A stretch of DNA of 64,000 nucleotides, taken from Owenia fusiformis (Eukaryota). The notes under the pieces were generated by a model. It was given only the letters and a program-made list of their open reading frames with translations, was not told where the DNA came from and made no database searches. The position numbers and the translations under genes were made by a program. Positions 62,680 through 64,000 of this stretch are shown here, in pieces. The stretch is taken from assembly GCA_903813345.2 (NCBI GenBank), contig CAIIXF020000001.1:3348001-3412000 (forward strand). Reading direction: 5' to 3'. Position 1 is the stretch's first letter; every line of letters begins with the position of its first letter.

Positions 62680-64000
62680 CACAACCTAGAAAAAATTATA
62701 TAGTAAGCATATAGCTTCCTATACCTGTTGCTGTTAAAAACTGGACTAACAGAGACTGAATAAATGTGACGTCAAAAGATAGATGTCACCAAATTTAGAT
62801 TTTTAATTTTAATCTCTAGCTCTAAATAATATTGACCAGAAATCATTAAGTCAATGAAAGTAAATGAAGAAAATAGTTTTGGATTCACTATAATGGGACA
62901 TTTCACATGAATCCACCTGAAGGTTCCCAGTTTAAAAGAAATATATCTTCTCTACAAACAACCTGCCTCTATTTCTGGCTTGTGTGTTTGTGAAGTAAAC
63001 ATAATCTAAATGTTTTTTTAAATGATAATAATAAAAAATAATTGACACTCCCCATGAAATAAATCGAATTAATTAAAACTGATTACTTACCAAATGTAAG
63101 ATGCGCCAATATCAATGTTGTTTTCTTGTGCTCTCTGTTGGAATGTGTTGCCTTTTGGGGTCAGACAACAAATGCGGCAGTTTCACACTAATCTGTGGAT
63201 TATAACTTAAATATTTGTCAATGATGCGTCATGTTGCCACATCATCATCCCTATCAACACCATCGATTCTGTCTTTCATGTGCCTCAGGGATTGAACATA
63301 AAGTCAATCATTCGTTTACTACTCTTCATTAGATTAACATTTAATACCTTTGTTATTTACTTAAAATATGCATGCAAGCACATACTCGTTACCGCTTAAC
63401 ACCTTAAAATGTAGTTACTATCATTTTAAATAAGACTAAGCTTGATTGAATTCTCTTTAATCATATATTCTTATGTTAAAATAAACTGGATAAAATTTAA
63501 AAATTAAACTTTCTGAAATAGACAAAAATGGAAAATATTATTGTATTGTAGATCAAAGACTTAAAATATGGTTCAATCATGTCATTCCATTTTGGGCATT
63601 ATACAATAGTTAAGGGAGTGGACTCTAGTCTGGGCTATAAAGTGGATAACTTTTCACTCGGAATCTTCATTGAAAATGAGCAATCACTGAAGAAACATTT
63701 GATCATTTCCCAACTTAAACAATTAAATTAATCAAATGACATTTATTGTATTTTCAAAAAGCATTTATAACCTTTTTCATGTTAATCTCAGCTTATACTT
63801 CTGAACATGTTATGTGACTCAAGAAACAAGACAATACAATGTTTAGTATTATACATTGAACTTATTATAACGAGTCTTAACATTTGTTGAGGTATACAGG
63901 TATACAGTATACTATCTTAGTTTTCACATGATGTTCTACAATACAGCATTCTAATTGAGGTGAATTCCTCTCTTCTGAAAGGTGTGGGTGTTTCTGCATA

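Overview
AT-rich, intron-rich animal genomic DNA. A mollusc or other lophotrochozoan is inferred from the repeat families and a shell-matrix-type gene. There are four spliced protein-coding genes. (1) The 5' part of ATP-dependent 6-phosphofructokinase (minus strand, 14112 to <1156). (2) RPL19 (plus, 14543-17230), head-to-head with PFK and hosting an intronic H/ACA snoRNA. (3) A complete AGO-clade (miRNA-type) Argonaute with an intact DEDH tetrad (plus, 20769-43743). (4) A secreted chitin-binding + laminin-G-like protein (minus, 62679-58682), with an internally deleted duplicate at 49.3-50.5 kb. The main discovery is that the single Argonaute gene carries four pairs of tandemly duplicated, apparently mutually exclusive exons (L1, PAZ start, helix-7 segment of L2, distal L2) plus two in-frame cassette exons, allowing 16 to 64 isoforms. 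Each pair has a visible exclusion mechanism: frameshift, a 35-nt spacer, a 31-nt spacer, or competing long-range RNA helices. The neighbouring PFK gene independently has three alternative 74-nt versions of exon 2 with a candidate docking site. The rest is nested non-autonomous transposons and minisatellites. All splicing claims come from hand-reading genomic sequence and need transcript confirmation. Human residue and rRNA numbers are recalled from established knowledge, not computed.
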